The translations under genes and the position numbers were made by a program. A stretch of 64,000 nt of DNA, taken from positions 4,291,626 through 4,355,625 of the forward strand of contig NC_057752.1 of NCBI RefSeq assembly GCF_004010195.1, in the 5' to 3' direction. The stretch comes from Chiloscyllium plagiosum (taxonomy: Eukaryota). Positions within the stretch are counted from its first letter, which is position 1, and the number at the start of each line of letters is the position of its first letter. The notes below the pieces were generated by a model that was given only the letters and a program-made list of their open reading frames with translations, searched no databases and was not told the DNA's origin. Below are positions 40,301-49,699 of this stretch, piece after piece.

Positions 40301-42315
40301 CAAAAGGAAGGTGGCCAGCACATGGCGTTGGTTTGGCAATCAAGACCACTGGGCACAGATACTGGTAAAACCGAAGCTCACATTTACTTAGAGTATCTTT
40401 GGGTTTAATTCAAGCACCTCCTTGGTTTCAGCTGTCGGTAGTATTCTGAGAGTCTCCTGTGAATGGAGCTCACAAAATGTGAATACGTCACCCTGTCCTT
40501 CTGAAACTTTAGCACGAGTCCTGGCTATCCCCTGGCCCAGTGGGATTGGCACCAATTTTTCAGCAACTGCTTGGAAGAGCTCTAAGGAAATTCTCCATGA
40601 CAATGACAGTAAATGAAGTAGTTATACCAGCCCTGAGATCAAGTTTTGTAACTAAGATTCTGTAACTAGATACCTTGGCACCTAAGATGGCGCCATAAGT
40701 GGTGACTTGTAAATTTTTCACTGCACTCATGCGAGTACATGTGACAATAAACTTAATTCGGTTCAATTCACACTTTGGCTGTCCTTCTCTGACAGATTCA
40801 TGGCCAATCCACACAAATACCTTGAACTCACCCAGAGATCCTGTGAAGGTGCGTGAGCAATTCACTTGGCCCGATTTTATAACAAGTTAAAATTAAACCA
40901 ATGGGCTAGCAGCTCTGCTTAAACAACAGGTACAGGAACTTCGTGTTTATAACTTACATTACGCTTCACAATTTGCATAATGTCCAAGGTGAAATTTCTG
41001 TTTCTCTCTCCTTCTCTACAACTCATGCAGAAATCTACTTTTTTCCAACTAAATCAGTTAAACAGGATCAAAGGCAAACTGGGGGCGATAGCCCCTGAAA
41101 GGCACTGTAACAAAAGGTCAAACATTTCAAAAGGAAACCGACAAATTCAAAGTGAACGGTCATTTTGAGGATTGATGGGGGGTGTCCCCTGAATTTGGAA
41201 GTTTATTCTAATCCAACTAAAATCTGAATTTCACTCTCTCCCCTCCTAAACGTAAACAGCCAGCAATTGTTAACACTTACTTGGTCTTGTAATCTTCCAC
41301 CATTCCCTGCATGCCTTCCAGTTCGGATTGCAGGCGAAGCTTTTCCTGGGCTAGGGTGTCGATCTGCTGCTTGAGGTTGTTGGAGTAAACTTGGAAGAGG
41401 CTGTCAATGTTGGAGCTACGCACACCTTTCTCATGCAGCAGTTTCCAGTGCATTTCCAACTGCTTGTTGCGGTGCTCCAGTGACCGCACCTTGAAAAAAT
41501 AAGGTCACGCATACTGCTTGACTCTTCAATTAAAAAAAAATGCAGAAATTGCTGGAGAAACTCAGCAGGTCTGGCAGCATCGCGAGTTTCTCCAGCAATT
41601 TCTATTTATGTTTCAGATTTTCAGCATCCACAACTCTGTTTTATTTGTTTTAAATGCACCTGTCTTCATTCCAGGGTTACGTGGGGGTCAAAGACAAAAC
41701 AGCAGCTGTCTCGGGCAGCAGTGGAAATAAATATCAAAAGGTGCTTCATAACGGTAGCCCATTTTTTTTCCGCCACTGTCAAACTCAATAGGGCGTCACC
41801 GCGAAAGAAGACGCCTCACATTATTACAGGTGCAATCGCCCTGAGGCTATTTGCTTTTCCACAGTTGCAAGTTTATGCAAACGTTATCCTTGTTTTGAAA
41901 AGCATCGATTGGTTTAAGGCTTTGAAAATGCGTTGGATTTCAGAGTCCAGCATTTTGTCACAGTTTAAGCGCGCTTCGTATTAATGTTGAATATTCTATG
42001 ATTTGATTCGAACTTTTTTTTTAAAACAAAAACGATTTCAGGCTTTACCTTGTCGATGAAAGAGGCGAACTGGTTATTCAGCCCTTTGATCTGTTCCTTC
42101 TCGCGGAGACGGAGCTCCTGGAGCGCCTGGCCGCCCTCGAAGCGGGGGTTCTCGGCAGGTATTTTGCCCAGACTAGGGACGTTGCCCAGTCGCTGAGCGC
42201 TCATGCCCAGGAACGGGCCACTCCGGACCATGCTGACCCGCTGCATGGACGAGCCGGGGGTGTACGACTGGCTGCTGAAGTGGGAACGGGAACGGAGCGA
42301 GCTACGGCCGGACAT
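22539..42315 (-). CDS. krt8: Type II keratin, keratin 8-like (445 aa); join complement(42315-42049, 41489-41281, 31197-31137, 30204-30109, 29672-29508, 26135-26010, 25854-25634, 23701-23658, 22687-22539)
   Basis: Nine GT-AG exons of 267/209/61/96/165/126/221/44/149 nt join into one open 1338-nt frame. Motifs: coil 1[17 protein letters not shown], helix termination [21 protein letters not shown]8-type tail [16 protein letters not shown]. The 209-nt exon 2 matches K8. Orthologue versus paralogue is not resolved. Confidence 0.9.
23034..23315. repeat. Degenerate (GT)n / (GTGTGTTACTGT)n microsatellite in krt8-like intron 8
   Basis: Direct inspection. Confidence 0.95.
23658..23701 (-). CDS. krt8: krt8-like exon 8 (tail)
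   Basis: 44 nt with phase 2 start and phase 1 end as in type II keratin exon 8; strong polypyrimidine tract ...gatttcag|(R)[14 protein letters not shown]|gtaaga; restores frame into exon 9. Confidence 0.75.
24780..25325 (+). mobile_element. CR1 3' fragment in krt8-like intron 7
   Basis: [27 protein letters not shown]...AWNSLP. Confidence 0.85.
25634..25854 (-). CDS. krt8: krt8-like exon 7 (coil 2B end)
   Basis: 221 nt, [19 protein letters not shown]...[29 protein letters not shown], ttacag|...|gttagt. Confidence 0.96.
26010..26135 (-). CDS. krt8: krt8-like exon 6
   Basis: 126 nt, [42 protein letters not shown], ttttag|...|gtaaga. Confidence 0.95.
26700..27750 (+). mobile_element. CR1/HER1 3' fragment interrupted by a solo LTR
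   Basis: CR1 sequence gtggtggacgTGGG resumes as TGGGtacaattac after the insert. Confidence 0.8.
26975..27627. mobile_element. Solo LTR (653 bp) with 4-bp target-site duplication
   Basis: TG...CA ends, TGGG duplicated at 26971-26974 and 27628-27631, internal AATAAA at 27478-27483. Confidence 0.8.
27752..27985 (-). mobile_element. Third tRNA-SINE family (related copies ~35930-36048 +, ~39800-39980 -, ~45985-46140 +)
   Basis: Shared ctcagttggctgga...gggttcaattccc...ccttctcaacctctccccttgcctgagg...ctctctaatgag. Confidence 0.6.
28475..28955 (-). mobile_element. CR1/HER1 3' fragment nested in a SINE
   Basis: [38 protein letters not shown]. Confidence 0.88.
29508..29672 (-). CDS. krt8: krt8-like exon 5
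   Basis: 165 nt, [38 protein letters not shown]...WENK, cccag|...|gtaatg. Confidence 0.95.
30109..30204 (-). CDS. krt8: krt8-like exon 4
   Basis: 96 nt, [32 protein letters not shown], ttgcag|...|gtaaag. Confidence 0.95.
31137..31197 (-). CDS. krt8: krt8-like exon 3
   Basis: 61 nt, [20 protein letters not shown], cccaag|...|gtgggt; too short for the ORF track. Confidence 0.95.
33440..33700 (+). mobile_element. Deu-domain SINE relic (SacSINE1/AmnSINE1-like)
   Basis: ctgcactgtcagaggtgcc...ttcggatgagac...ctcaggtggatgtaaaa matches the Deu core as recalled. Confidence 0.65.
34700..34980 (+). mobile_element. HE1 SINE
   Basis: tRNA head, V core, (TAATC) tail. Confidence 0.85.
36049..36335 (+). 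mobile_element. HE1 SINE
   Basis: tRNA head, V core, CR1-like tail. Confidence 0.85.
36697..37000 (-). mobile_element. HE1 SINE
   Basis: Reverse complement of HE1 head, core and tail. Confidence 0.85.
37063..37220. repeat. Inverted repeat (~63-bp arms) from a Penelope-type terminus
   Basis: Arms 37063-37125 and 37158-37220 are reverse complements with a few mismatches; single-arm relative at ~36365-36480. Confidence 0.75.
37960..38325 (+). mobile_element. HE1 SINE with a duplicated 53-bp internal unit
   Basis: gatgtgcagg recurs at 38102, 38155 and 38208. Confidence 0.85.
39195..39775. mobile_element. HE1 SINE (+, ~39372-39700) nested inside an opposite-strand HE1
   Basis: Minus-strand tail at ~39195-39365 and head at ~39710-39775 flank a plus-strand copy. 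Confidence 0.75.
41281..41489 (-). CDS. krt8: krt8-like exon 2
   Basis: ttttcaag|[12 protein letters not shown]...GMVEDYKTK|gtaagt, 209 nt. Confidence 0.95.
41544..41603. repeat. Perfect 20-bp inverted repeat with 20-nt loop in krt8-like intron 1
   Basis: AGAAATTGCTGGAGAAACTC (41544-41563) and GAGTTTCTCCAGCAATTTCT (41584-41603). Confidence 0.9.
42049..42315 (-). CDS. krt8: krt8-like exon 1 (head + start of coil 1A)
   Basis: ccactATG context; [18 protein letters not shown]...[18 protein letters not shown]; donor AAG|gtaaag. Confidence 0.92.
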
Positions 42316-42497
42316 AGTGGTCTCTTTTGTCTCTCCCTTGTTACAAGATCGGGGCAAAAAGCAACAGAAAGTTTGGATTAACTGCAAGAGCGGGGAAGCT
42401 AGGAAGAGGGTAGCAAAACAAAAAGGCCAGTATCAGAAACCCCTTTCTGATGTTTGCCCCGAAGGCAAGTGTGCTCCCGTTAGACGGCGTTGGACGG

Positions 42498-42608
42498 TAT
42501 ATAGGCAAATTCCTGGCGCTCTCATTGGCCAGAAACACTGTCTGAAATGGATTACCATGGTAACTGGACGCTACCTCAGGCCAATCGGCGATAGCCGGAA
42601 GGTATAAA
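42498..42608. promoter_or_regulatory. Bidirectional krt8/krt18 core promoter
   Basis: Minus-strand TATATA 42498-42503 and CCAAT 42524-42528; palindrome TTACCATGGTAA 42552-42563; plus-strand CCAAT 42581-42585, CCGGAAG 42595-42601 and TATAAA 42603-42608; CpG-rich surroundings. Confidence 0.75.
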
Positions 42609-42720
42609 GTGTCAGTACTTGCTGTGAGTTGGTTATTGATTCCCCTCCAGGTACTCCCTGCAACAAGTGCAGCTCCAAACACAACTTCCAAACCTCGCCG
42701 CCTCTCTTTCTCCCTCCAAG

Positions 42721-43092
42721 ATGAGTTTCCGAAATTATTCCTCGCTGTCCACCCACAGTGGTTCTATGTCCCTGCGGAGGTCCATGCCCCTGCAGTCCAG
42801 TGCGAGCAGCATCGCTGGCTTCGGCCACAGGATGTCGGTGAGCCGGGTATCGATGGCCCGGCCTGTGGGCATGGCCGCCGGGGCCAACTTCAGTGTCGGC
42901 GGGGTCAGCAACCAGAAGGAGGCCATGCAGAGCCTGAACGACCGGCTGGCCAGCTACCTGGAGAAAGTGCGCAGCTTGGAAGCGGCCAACGCCAAGCTGG
43001 AGGTGCAGATCAAGGAGCACTTGGAGTCCAGGGAAGCCAGCGTCCGAGACTGGGCCATCTACGAGAAGCCGCTCAGTGACCTCCGCAAAGAG
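42721..43092 (+). CDS. krt18: krt18-like exon 1
   Basis: ccaag[11 protein letters not shown]...LSDLRKE; donor GAG|gtaacg. Confidence 0.93.
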
Positions 43093-45417
43093 GTAACGTT
43101 TAGCTGGGGGGGGGGAGGGGGGCTGTCCTGGCACAGGGGGCACCATGAAAGGAGTGAGGGAGGGGAGAGGAAAGAGTTTCTCTCTTACACAATAGCTGAG
43201 GAAGAGGCTGCCAACCTCCCCGCACCAGTTCACTCTTAATTTATAATATTTATATGTATAAACGCAACACTTTAACCGATTTATTCTGTTCGATCCTTCA
43301 GGTCTATGAGATGACCATCGAAAATGCTCGTTTGGTACTTCAGATCGATAATGCTCGTCTGGCTGCTGACGATTTCAGGGTGAAGTGAGTTCTCTCTCTC
43401 CCTCTCTCTCATAGCCACACAAAGTTTAGTCAACGCTGTAAGTAGTTTCTAATCAACCAGTTCAGAGATCTTGTGTCAAGCAGCTGGGACTTGAACCTGG
43501 CTCAGAGGGCGGGCTGCTGTGTCATGCGAACCTCAGCATGTGCAATACCTTCCCCACACACCCTCCCCGCCCCCAACCCCAGCTCCTCTGACACGGCCTG
43601 TTTGTCTTTCCCCTGGACAGGTGGGAGTCTGAGCTGAGCATCAGGCAGTCTGTGGAGAACGACATCAACGGACTGCGCAAAGTCATTGACGACACCAACA
43701 TCGGGCGCCTGCAACTGGAGAGTGAGATCGAGTCTCTCAAGGAGGAGCTCATCTACATTCGGAAGAACCACGATGATGTAAGTTCCACCGAGATGTCCCT
43801 CGTTGACAATGAGTGGGTGTAGAATTCACCGGTGCTGAAAAGTCAATAGGATCCTGTAAGAAGGGAGATTGAAGTAAATGATTGGGAAATCAGATTATTG
43901 CTGTACAAGTAATTTCCGTGTGAGAACAATAATAGAGGTAAGCTAATAAAATATAAGGTGTTCAGTTATTGAAATGAGCTATGAAGTTTTGTCCCCCTTT
44001 TTGACTCTCCAAACGTTTGAGTTCTAGACATAGAGCACTTTGGTAAGAACGGAGTGGAAATTGTCTTTTCATTCTACAGGAAGTTAAAGCTCTGCGCTCC
44101 CAGGTCACTGGCTCCAGTGTGCAGGTTGAAGTGGACTCCCCTCAGGGCCCAGATCTGGCTAAGACCATTGCTGAGATCAGAAAGCAATATGAGGAGGTGG
44201 CACAGAAAAACAAGGATGATGCGGAGAACTGGTACAAGAGCCAGGTAAAGACGAAAAAAAAACCCCACGCCGTTCCACATCTTGTTTCACTGATAACATT
44301 TGATTCAATTGATCCCTCCAAGTAAACAGAATTGCAATTTGACCAAATATCCTCCAAATATAAGAGCTTGTGAATGCTGGTGAAAACTGGAAGCTTTAAA
44401 TGCATTTCTTATTGCAGATAGATAGCTACAAAATTGAAGTTGAACACAATGCTGAAGAACTGCAAGGTTCAAAGGCACAAGTCACTGAACTGCACCATCA
44501 GATACAGTCTCTGGATGTTGAGCTGGAGAGTCTCCTGAGCAAGGTAAGGACTCCATTGTGAACAGGTGTAACTCAAACCAAAGCCTCACCTCACATACTG
44601 CATGCAACACCAACTGATCTAATTGAAGGATCATGTCTGCTCCTTTTTTAAAAAATTCTGCCTGTATTTTTGTTTCATTTGAGAAAAACTCATTGGAAGG
44701 CACTCTCAAAGACACAGAACTGAGATATGACATGGAGCTGCAAAGCCTAAATGGCATGATTGCCAAACTGGAGGGAGATCTGTTTCAGATCCGGAGTGAT
44801 ATGCAGACCCAGGTCAGAGAATATGAAAACCTTTTGAACGTGAAGATGAAACTCGAGGCTGAAATAGCAACATACAAACACCTGCTGGATGGGGAAGATA
44901 TCAAGTAAGTAGCATCAGTGGAAAAAGTAATGACTATGACACAGTTGTGCATCCACAATCCACACCTATGTGTAATTGCTCTGAGCTGATTTATTTCTGT
45001 CTCACTTTTTTTCTTTCTCTTTTGTTCTTATAGCGCACTTGTTGAGTCAACCTCAGGTAAGACCATTTAATTCAGGAAATGTGTGCATGTAATTTTATCG
45101 TGTGCCTGTTATACACCCCATGGGATAGGTTTTCATCTGCTCCATACAGCTGGAAGTCTGCCCTGCTTGTCATTCTGTTGAAAGCTATGGTGGGGCGGTA
45201 GCAGGCCAATTCTACAAGGATGTGCGATTCATCCAGCGAGGATGGAAATCTATTGTATGTTAAGTTTCTTGTCTGCAAACGTACCTGCTCACAATTTGAT
45301 TCTTTTCCTTTTGCATGACCAGGTGCCACCTCACAAACTATCAAGAAGACTGTCGTCACCACTCAGAAACTCATGGATGGCAAAGTGATATCTGACGAGA
45401 CAGTCCGCATTAACTAA
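42721..45417 (+). CDS. krt18: Type I keratin, keratin 18-like (413 aa); join(42721-43092, 43302-43384, 43621-43777, 44080-44244, 44418-44543, 44684-44904, 45034-45056, 45323-45417)
   Basis: Eight exons of 372/83/157/165/126/221/23/95 nt join into one open 1242-nt frame. Motifs: [62 protein letters not shown] linker, [17 protein letters not shown], tail [21 protein letters not shown]. Confidence 0.93.
43302..43384 (+). CDS. krt18: krt18-like exon 2
   Basis: 83 nt, [28 protein letters not shown], cttcag|...|gtgagt. Confidence 0.96.
43621..43777 (+). CDS. krt18: krt18-like exon 3
   Basis: 157 nt, [52 protein letters not shown], gacag|...|gtaagt. Confidence 0.96.
44080..44244 (+). CDS. krt18: krt18-like exon 4
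   Basis: 165 nt, [39 protein letters not shown]...WYKSQ, ctacag|...|gtaaag. Confidence 0.96.
44418..44543 (+). CDS. krt18: krt18-like exon 5
   Basis: 126 nt, [42 protein letters not shown], ttgcag|...|gtaagg. Confidence 0.95.
44684..44904 (+). CDS. krt18: krt18-like exon 6
   Basis: 221 nt, [15 protein letters not shown]...[18 protein letters not shown]; acceptor is the rare GAG (catttgag|), donor |gtaagt. Confidence 0.9.
45034..45056 (+). CDS. krt18: krt18-like exon 7 (23-nt microexon)
   Basis: Long polypyrimidine tract, ttatag|c gca ctt gtt gag tca acc tca g|gtaaga; required to keep exon 8 in frame. Confidence 0.8.
45323..45417 (+). CDS. krt18: krt18-like exon 8 (tail, TAA stop)
   Basis: gaccag|[31 protein letters not shown]. 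Confidence 0.88.
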
Positions 45418-45523
45418 AAAGCACCAAGCTACATCTGCCCTCCAGTTGTCATGCCTGGTCACTTGTAGTTGCAGTGAGGAATGTAATAGTCTGGAGTTTG
45501 TTGGCTTGTTGAATATTATCAAA

Positions 45524-45529
45524 AATAAA
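45524..45529 (+). terminator. Polyadenylation signal (AATAAA) of krt18-like gene
   Basis: AATAAA about 107 nt after the stop, followed by T/GT-rich sequence. Confidence 0.7.
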
Positions 45530-46411
45530 GATACTCTTTGACTTTGAATCTTGACTTGTCTTTTTAAAGGGTAGCAGTAATCGTTGATATCTTGACAAAC
45601 CCAGCCAAAACATAAGTTGCGACGTAACAGCAAATAGTCAGGTGCAATGCACAGTAACAAACTACTTAAGCCATTGCCTTGATCAGAATTATCCAACCAT
45701 GGGGTGTGTAGACCAAATCCAGACCTCTGTCTGTGCTGTGATGTTTCATATTTTGATTCAGTCCCAACAGAATGACAGACTTTTATAGCACAAGGATGTT
45801 TGATAGACAAGGGACTCAATGGTTATGGAGTGCAGGTGGGATCCTACTGAATGGTGGAGCAGGCTCAAAGGGCCGAATGGCGTACTCCTACTCTTATTTT
45901 CCATGTATGTTGTTGGTAAACAGGCCTGTCAGTCTGGTGGTGCTTATGCCCCGCATGAAATCACTTTCCATCCCAGCATCAGAGACATGGCTCAGTTGGC
46001 TGGACAGCTGGTTTGCGATGCGGACTCGCCTTCTCAACCTTTCACCCTTGCCTGAGACACGGTGACCCTCAGGTTAAACAACCACCACCATGTTTATCTC
46101 TCTAATGAGAGAGCATCCCTCAGGGACAGCAGCGACTTTACCTTTTGTCCCATTTTTCCAGCACTTGACCCATAGCCTTCTACACTATGGCATTTCAGGT
46201 GTTCATTTCCATACATCTTCAATGGCAGGATGGTTCCTGCCTCTACCACCTTTTCAGGCAGTGAGTGCCACCACCCTCTGAATGGAAAAGAAATCTTCCT
46301 TATATCCCTTCTAAACTTTCTGCCCTTTACCTTAAATCTATGTCCCTGATTATTTACCCCTCTATTGTTTTCCCTATCTATTCTTTCTATGCCACTCAGA
46401 ACTTTATCCAG

Positions 46412-46725
46412 TTTAGATTATATTAGGTTCCCTACAGTGTGGAAACAGGTCCTTCAGCCCAACATGTCCACTCTGACCCTCCGAAGAGTAACCCACCCAG
46501 ACCCATTTCCCTCCGACTAATGCACCTAACACTATGGGCAATTTAACATGGCCCACTCACCTGGCCTGCACATCTTTGAACTGTGGGAGGAAACCGGAGC
46601 AACCGGATGAAACCCACGCAGACATGAGGAGAATGTGCAAACTCCACACAGACAGTCACCCGAGGCTGGAATCAAACCCGGGTCCCTGGTGCTGTGAGGC
46701 AGCAGGGCTAACCACTGAGCCATCG
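46412..46725 (-). mobile_element. HE1 SINE within degraded CR1 sequence
   Basis: HE1 head, core and tail on the minus strand. Confidence 0.85.
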
Positions 46726-47799
46726 TGCTCATTCCGGATCCTTCAGTGTTTTCTGCTCCAACAAAACAACACCAGCCTATCCAGACTCTCTTCATAGCTG
46801 AAAAGCTCCAACCCAGGCACTATCCTAGTGAATCTCTGCAGTGCGATCACATCCTTCCAAAATGTTTGGTCAAAGAGGTAGATTTGATGAAGCATTTTCA
46901 AGGAAGAGAGGGTAGAGGTCGAGGGAAGGGAACTCAAATCTTGGTGTCTAGACGGCTGATGACATGGCCGCTAACGGAATGAAGGAAATCAGGGATGCAC
47001 TAGAGACCGGAATCAGAAGAATGCAGGAGGCTGAAGGAGGCTTCTCCAAAAAGAAGGAAGCGAGCACAGTGGAATTGGAAGACATGAGCATTTAAAGATT
47101 GAGCCAGTGCTGGACTGGTTAGCAAGCACAGGAGTGATGGATGAATGGCACTCGGTGCCAGTTAGGATAAGAGCAGCAGTACATGAGTTTATAAAATTCA
47201 TTTTGGTCTCTGTCTTTACACTATTTTGTCTCTGCCTGTCAGGTCTTTGATTTGTTTTCTTTGCTTCTTGTTCTTCTTCATCTGTTTTTATCTTTCTTTC
47301 ACTTCTGCAACTGTGGACAGTTACAGTGCTGTTTGCCTACTACGTGGCCTATTGAGTTTACATCCTGTACAGTTCATGCTAGCAAACACCATTAACTGGA
47401 TTGCATCCTGGATTCCAACTAACTAGTTCACGAACAGATTTTAAAGATACAATCTGAATGATGCTTTCATCAAGTATTTTACAAATAGATTTTAATAAAA
47501 GCCAGTTTTTGCAAGTCTTTGTATCATTTATAATCATTCACCTATTATTCAATTGTGTGGCAGGGAGGAGGGCTACTTTAATTATATTTGTAAATATATT
47601 GCACCTTTCATAATGAAATGTCCCGAAGGGCTCCATCACTAGGCTCTTAAGCAGACCTTATTCCTTTCTCCCATTCTGGCAATCAGCTCTTCAATTAGCT
47701 GCTACACTGCAAGCTCTGGAAATCCCTCCTATAATCCTCTTCATAACGTCGCCTATCTCTCAACCTTAAAATGGACCACTTTGATGAAGTATTTGGTTC

Positions 47800-48310
47800 C
47801 CTGGTGACTCCATCCCATTCTCCCAGTTCCTCCATCTCCACCACACCTGTTGTGACGCTGCCACCTTCCACAGGGGAGGCCTCAGAAATGTCCACCTTTT
47901 TCCTAAACTGAGGATTCCCTGCTACTGTGGTGGACAGGGCCCTCAGCCGGGTCCGATCCATCTTCCACACATCTGCCCTCATCCCTTCCCTTCCCTGCCA
48001 CAACAACGATAGGGTCCCCTGGTCCTCACTTATGACCCCACCAGCTTCCACATCCAAAGGATTAAGCCGTCATTTCCAACAGGATGCTACCACCAGAAAC
48101 TTATTCCCCTCCCCTCCCTCCTTAGCCCTCCCGCAGAGACCATTTCCTCCAGGACACCCTGGTCCACCTCTCCTATATTCCCAACATCATCCCACACCCC
48201 CACAGCACTTCCCATGTAATCGCAGAAGATATAACGTCTGCCAGTTTACTTCCTCCCTCCTCAGTATCCCAGGCCCCAGGCACATCTTTCAGGTGAAGCA
48301 GTGATTTGTC
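47800..48310 (+). mobile_element. Penelope-like element fragment
   Basis: VVDRALSRVRSI...HNNDRVP...HFPCNRRRYNVCQFTSSLLSIPGPRHIFQVKQ, homologous to 16400-16810. Confidence 0.75.
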
Positions 48311-48829
48311 ATTCAACCTAATCTTTGGTTTGATTTATTATTATCACATACAGCAAAAAGTATTGTTTTTCAAGCTATCCAAACAAATCACACCTTCCAT
48401 AAGTACATCAGGGTAATCAAACATAATGCAGAATATAGTCTTCCAGCTACAGACAAGGTGCAGAGAAAGATGAACTCTAATATATGAAAAGTCTGTTCAG
48501 AAGTCTGATAACAGCGGGGAAGAAGCTTTTCTTGAATCTGTTGGTTCATGTGCATATAAACTGCCCTTAATGAAATATGGCTGACTCAATGATTGTCACA
48601 AAGGCTTGTAGGGTCCAGAAGGTTGGACTTGTGGCTTTAGTAACTCTGGTTATACAGTCAGGAGTCAAGTAGTTAACAGAAACCCCTAAGTCCTCCTTTT
48701 TGGTAGTTTCCAAAAGATTATGATGGTCATCTCACATTTGGAGCTACTACCTCTACCAATAGTGAAATGCTGGATTTTATCTATTTTAAAATCACCTTGC
48801 TGCCTTTAGGCTTGTCTTATTTTCAATCT

Positions 48830-48995
48830 TTTAGCAAGTTTTGAGAAAATTTGTAGCTCAGGCCGAGGTTCTGGATGTAGGTTTGCTGGCTGAGCTGGAA
48901 GGTTCATTTCCTGACGTTTCATCACCCTACTAGGTAACATCTTCAGTGAGCCTCCAGGAGAAGCACTGCTGATAATTCCTGCTTTCTATTTATAT
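48830..48995 (-). mobile_element. Penelope-type terminal repeat with hammerhead motif (48911-48950)
   Basis: Minus strand CUGAAGA-U-GUUACC(uaguag)GGUGAU-GAAAC-GUC. Confidence 0.6.
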
Positions 48996-49699
48996 GCATG
49001 GGTTTCCTCTGGGTGCTCCAGTTTCCTCCCACAGTCCAAAGATGTGCAGGCCAGGTGAATTGGCCATGCTAAATTGCCCATAGTGTTAGGTGCATTAGTT
49101 GGAGGGAAATGGGTCTGGGTGGGTTACTCTTCAGAGGGTCGGTGTGGATTGGTTGGGCCAAAGGGCCTGTTTCCATGCTGTAGGGGAATCTAATCAAATC
49201 CAATCCTGGCAGTGTGCTCCTTTCCCATCGCCACCACTGCCGTCGTTTCTGCATCAGCTGCTTCCGAGCTGGAGACCGTCACACTGCGGGGGTCTCGCAC
49301 CTCCTCCAGTGCTGGACATTGACTGATGGGTCCTTGCTCTGAGTCAACTGACAGATTCCATCTCGTCTTCTGACACCGCCACCCATGATTGAGCGGGGAT
49401 GAAGATACACAGGGCTCCGGCCTCCCACAGGAGGACGCCCCAGAGCAACCAAACCAAAATGAAATGACCGAGTTGGAAAGACAACAATGAAGCTGGTGTG
49501 GATGTGGCTGGATCTGCCACATGAACCCATGAGTGGCCGAACCCCACACTCAGGAACCGAGTACTATTGCCGCCGAGGACAGAGAGTCAGAGAGATGTAC
49601 AGCATGGAAACAGACCCTTCGGTCCAACCCGTCCATAGTGTACAGAAACATCTGCTTAACTCTCCCAAATGTTGCATTCATTTATACTGTATTTATATC

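Noticed and set aside
42667..42720. N-terminal extensions of both keratins in the ORF track (from 42667 and 42387)
   Set aside because: They start at non-ATG codons in the 5' UTRs; the ATGs at 42721 and 42315 have good context and typical keratin starts.
42571..43233. 220-aa antisense ORF over krt18-like exon 1, and 134-aa ORF at 42203-42607
   Set aside because: Shadow ORFs of GC-rich coding and promoter sequence with no recognisable domain.
43093..43301. Mammalian-type AP-1/ETS enhancer in krt18 intron 1
   Set aside because: No TGA(G/C)TCA site is present; only scattered GGAA motifs.
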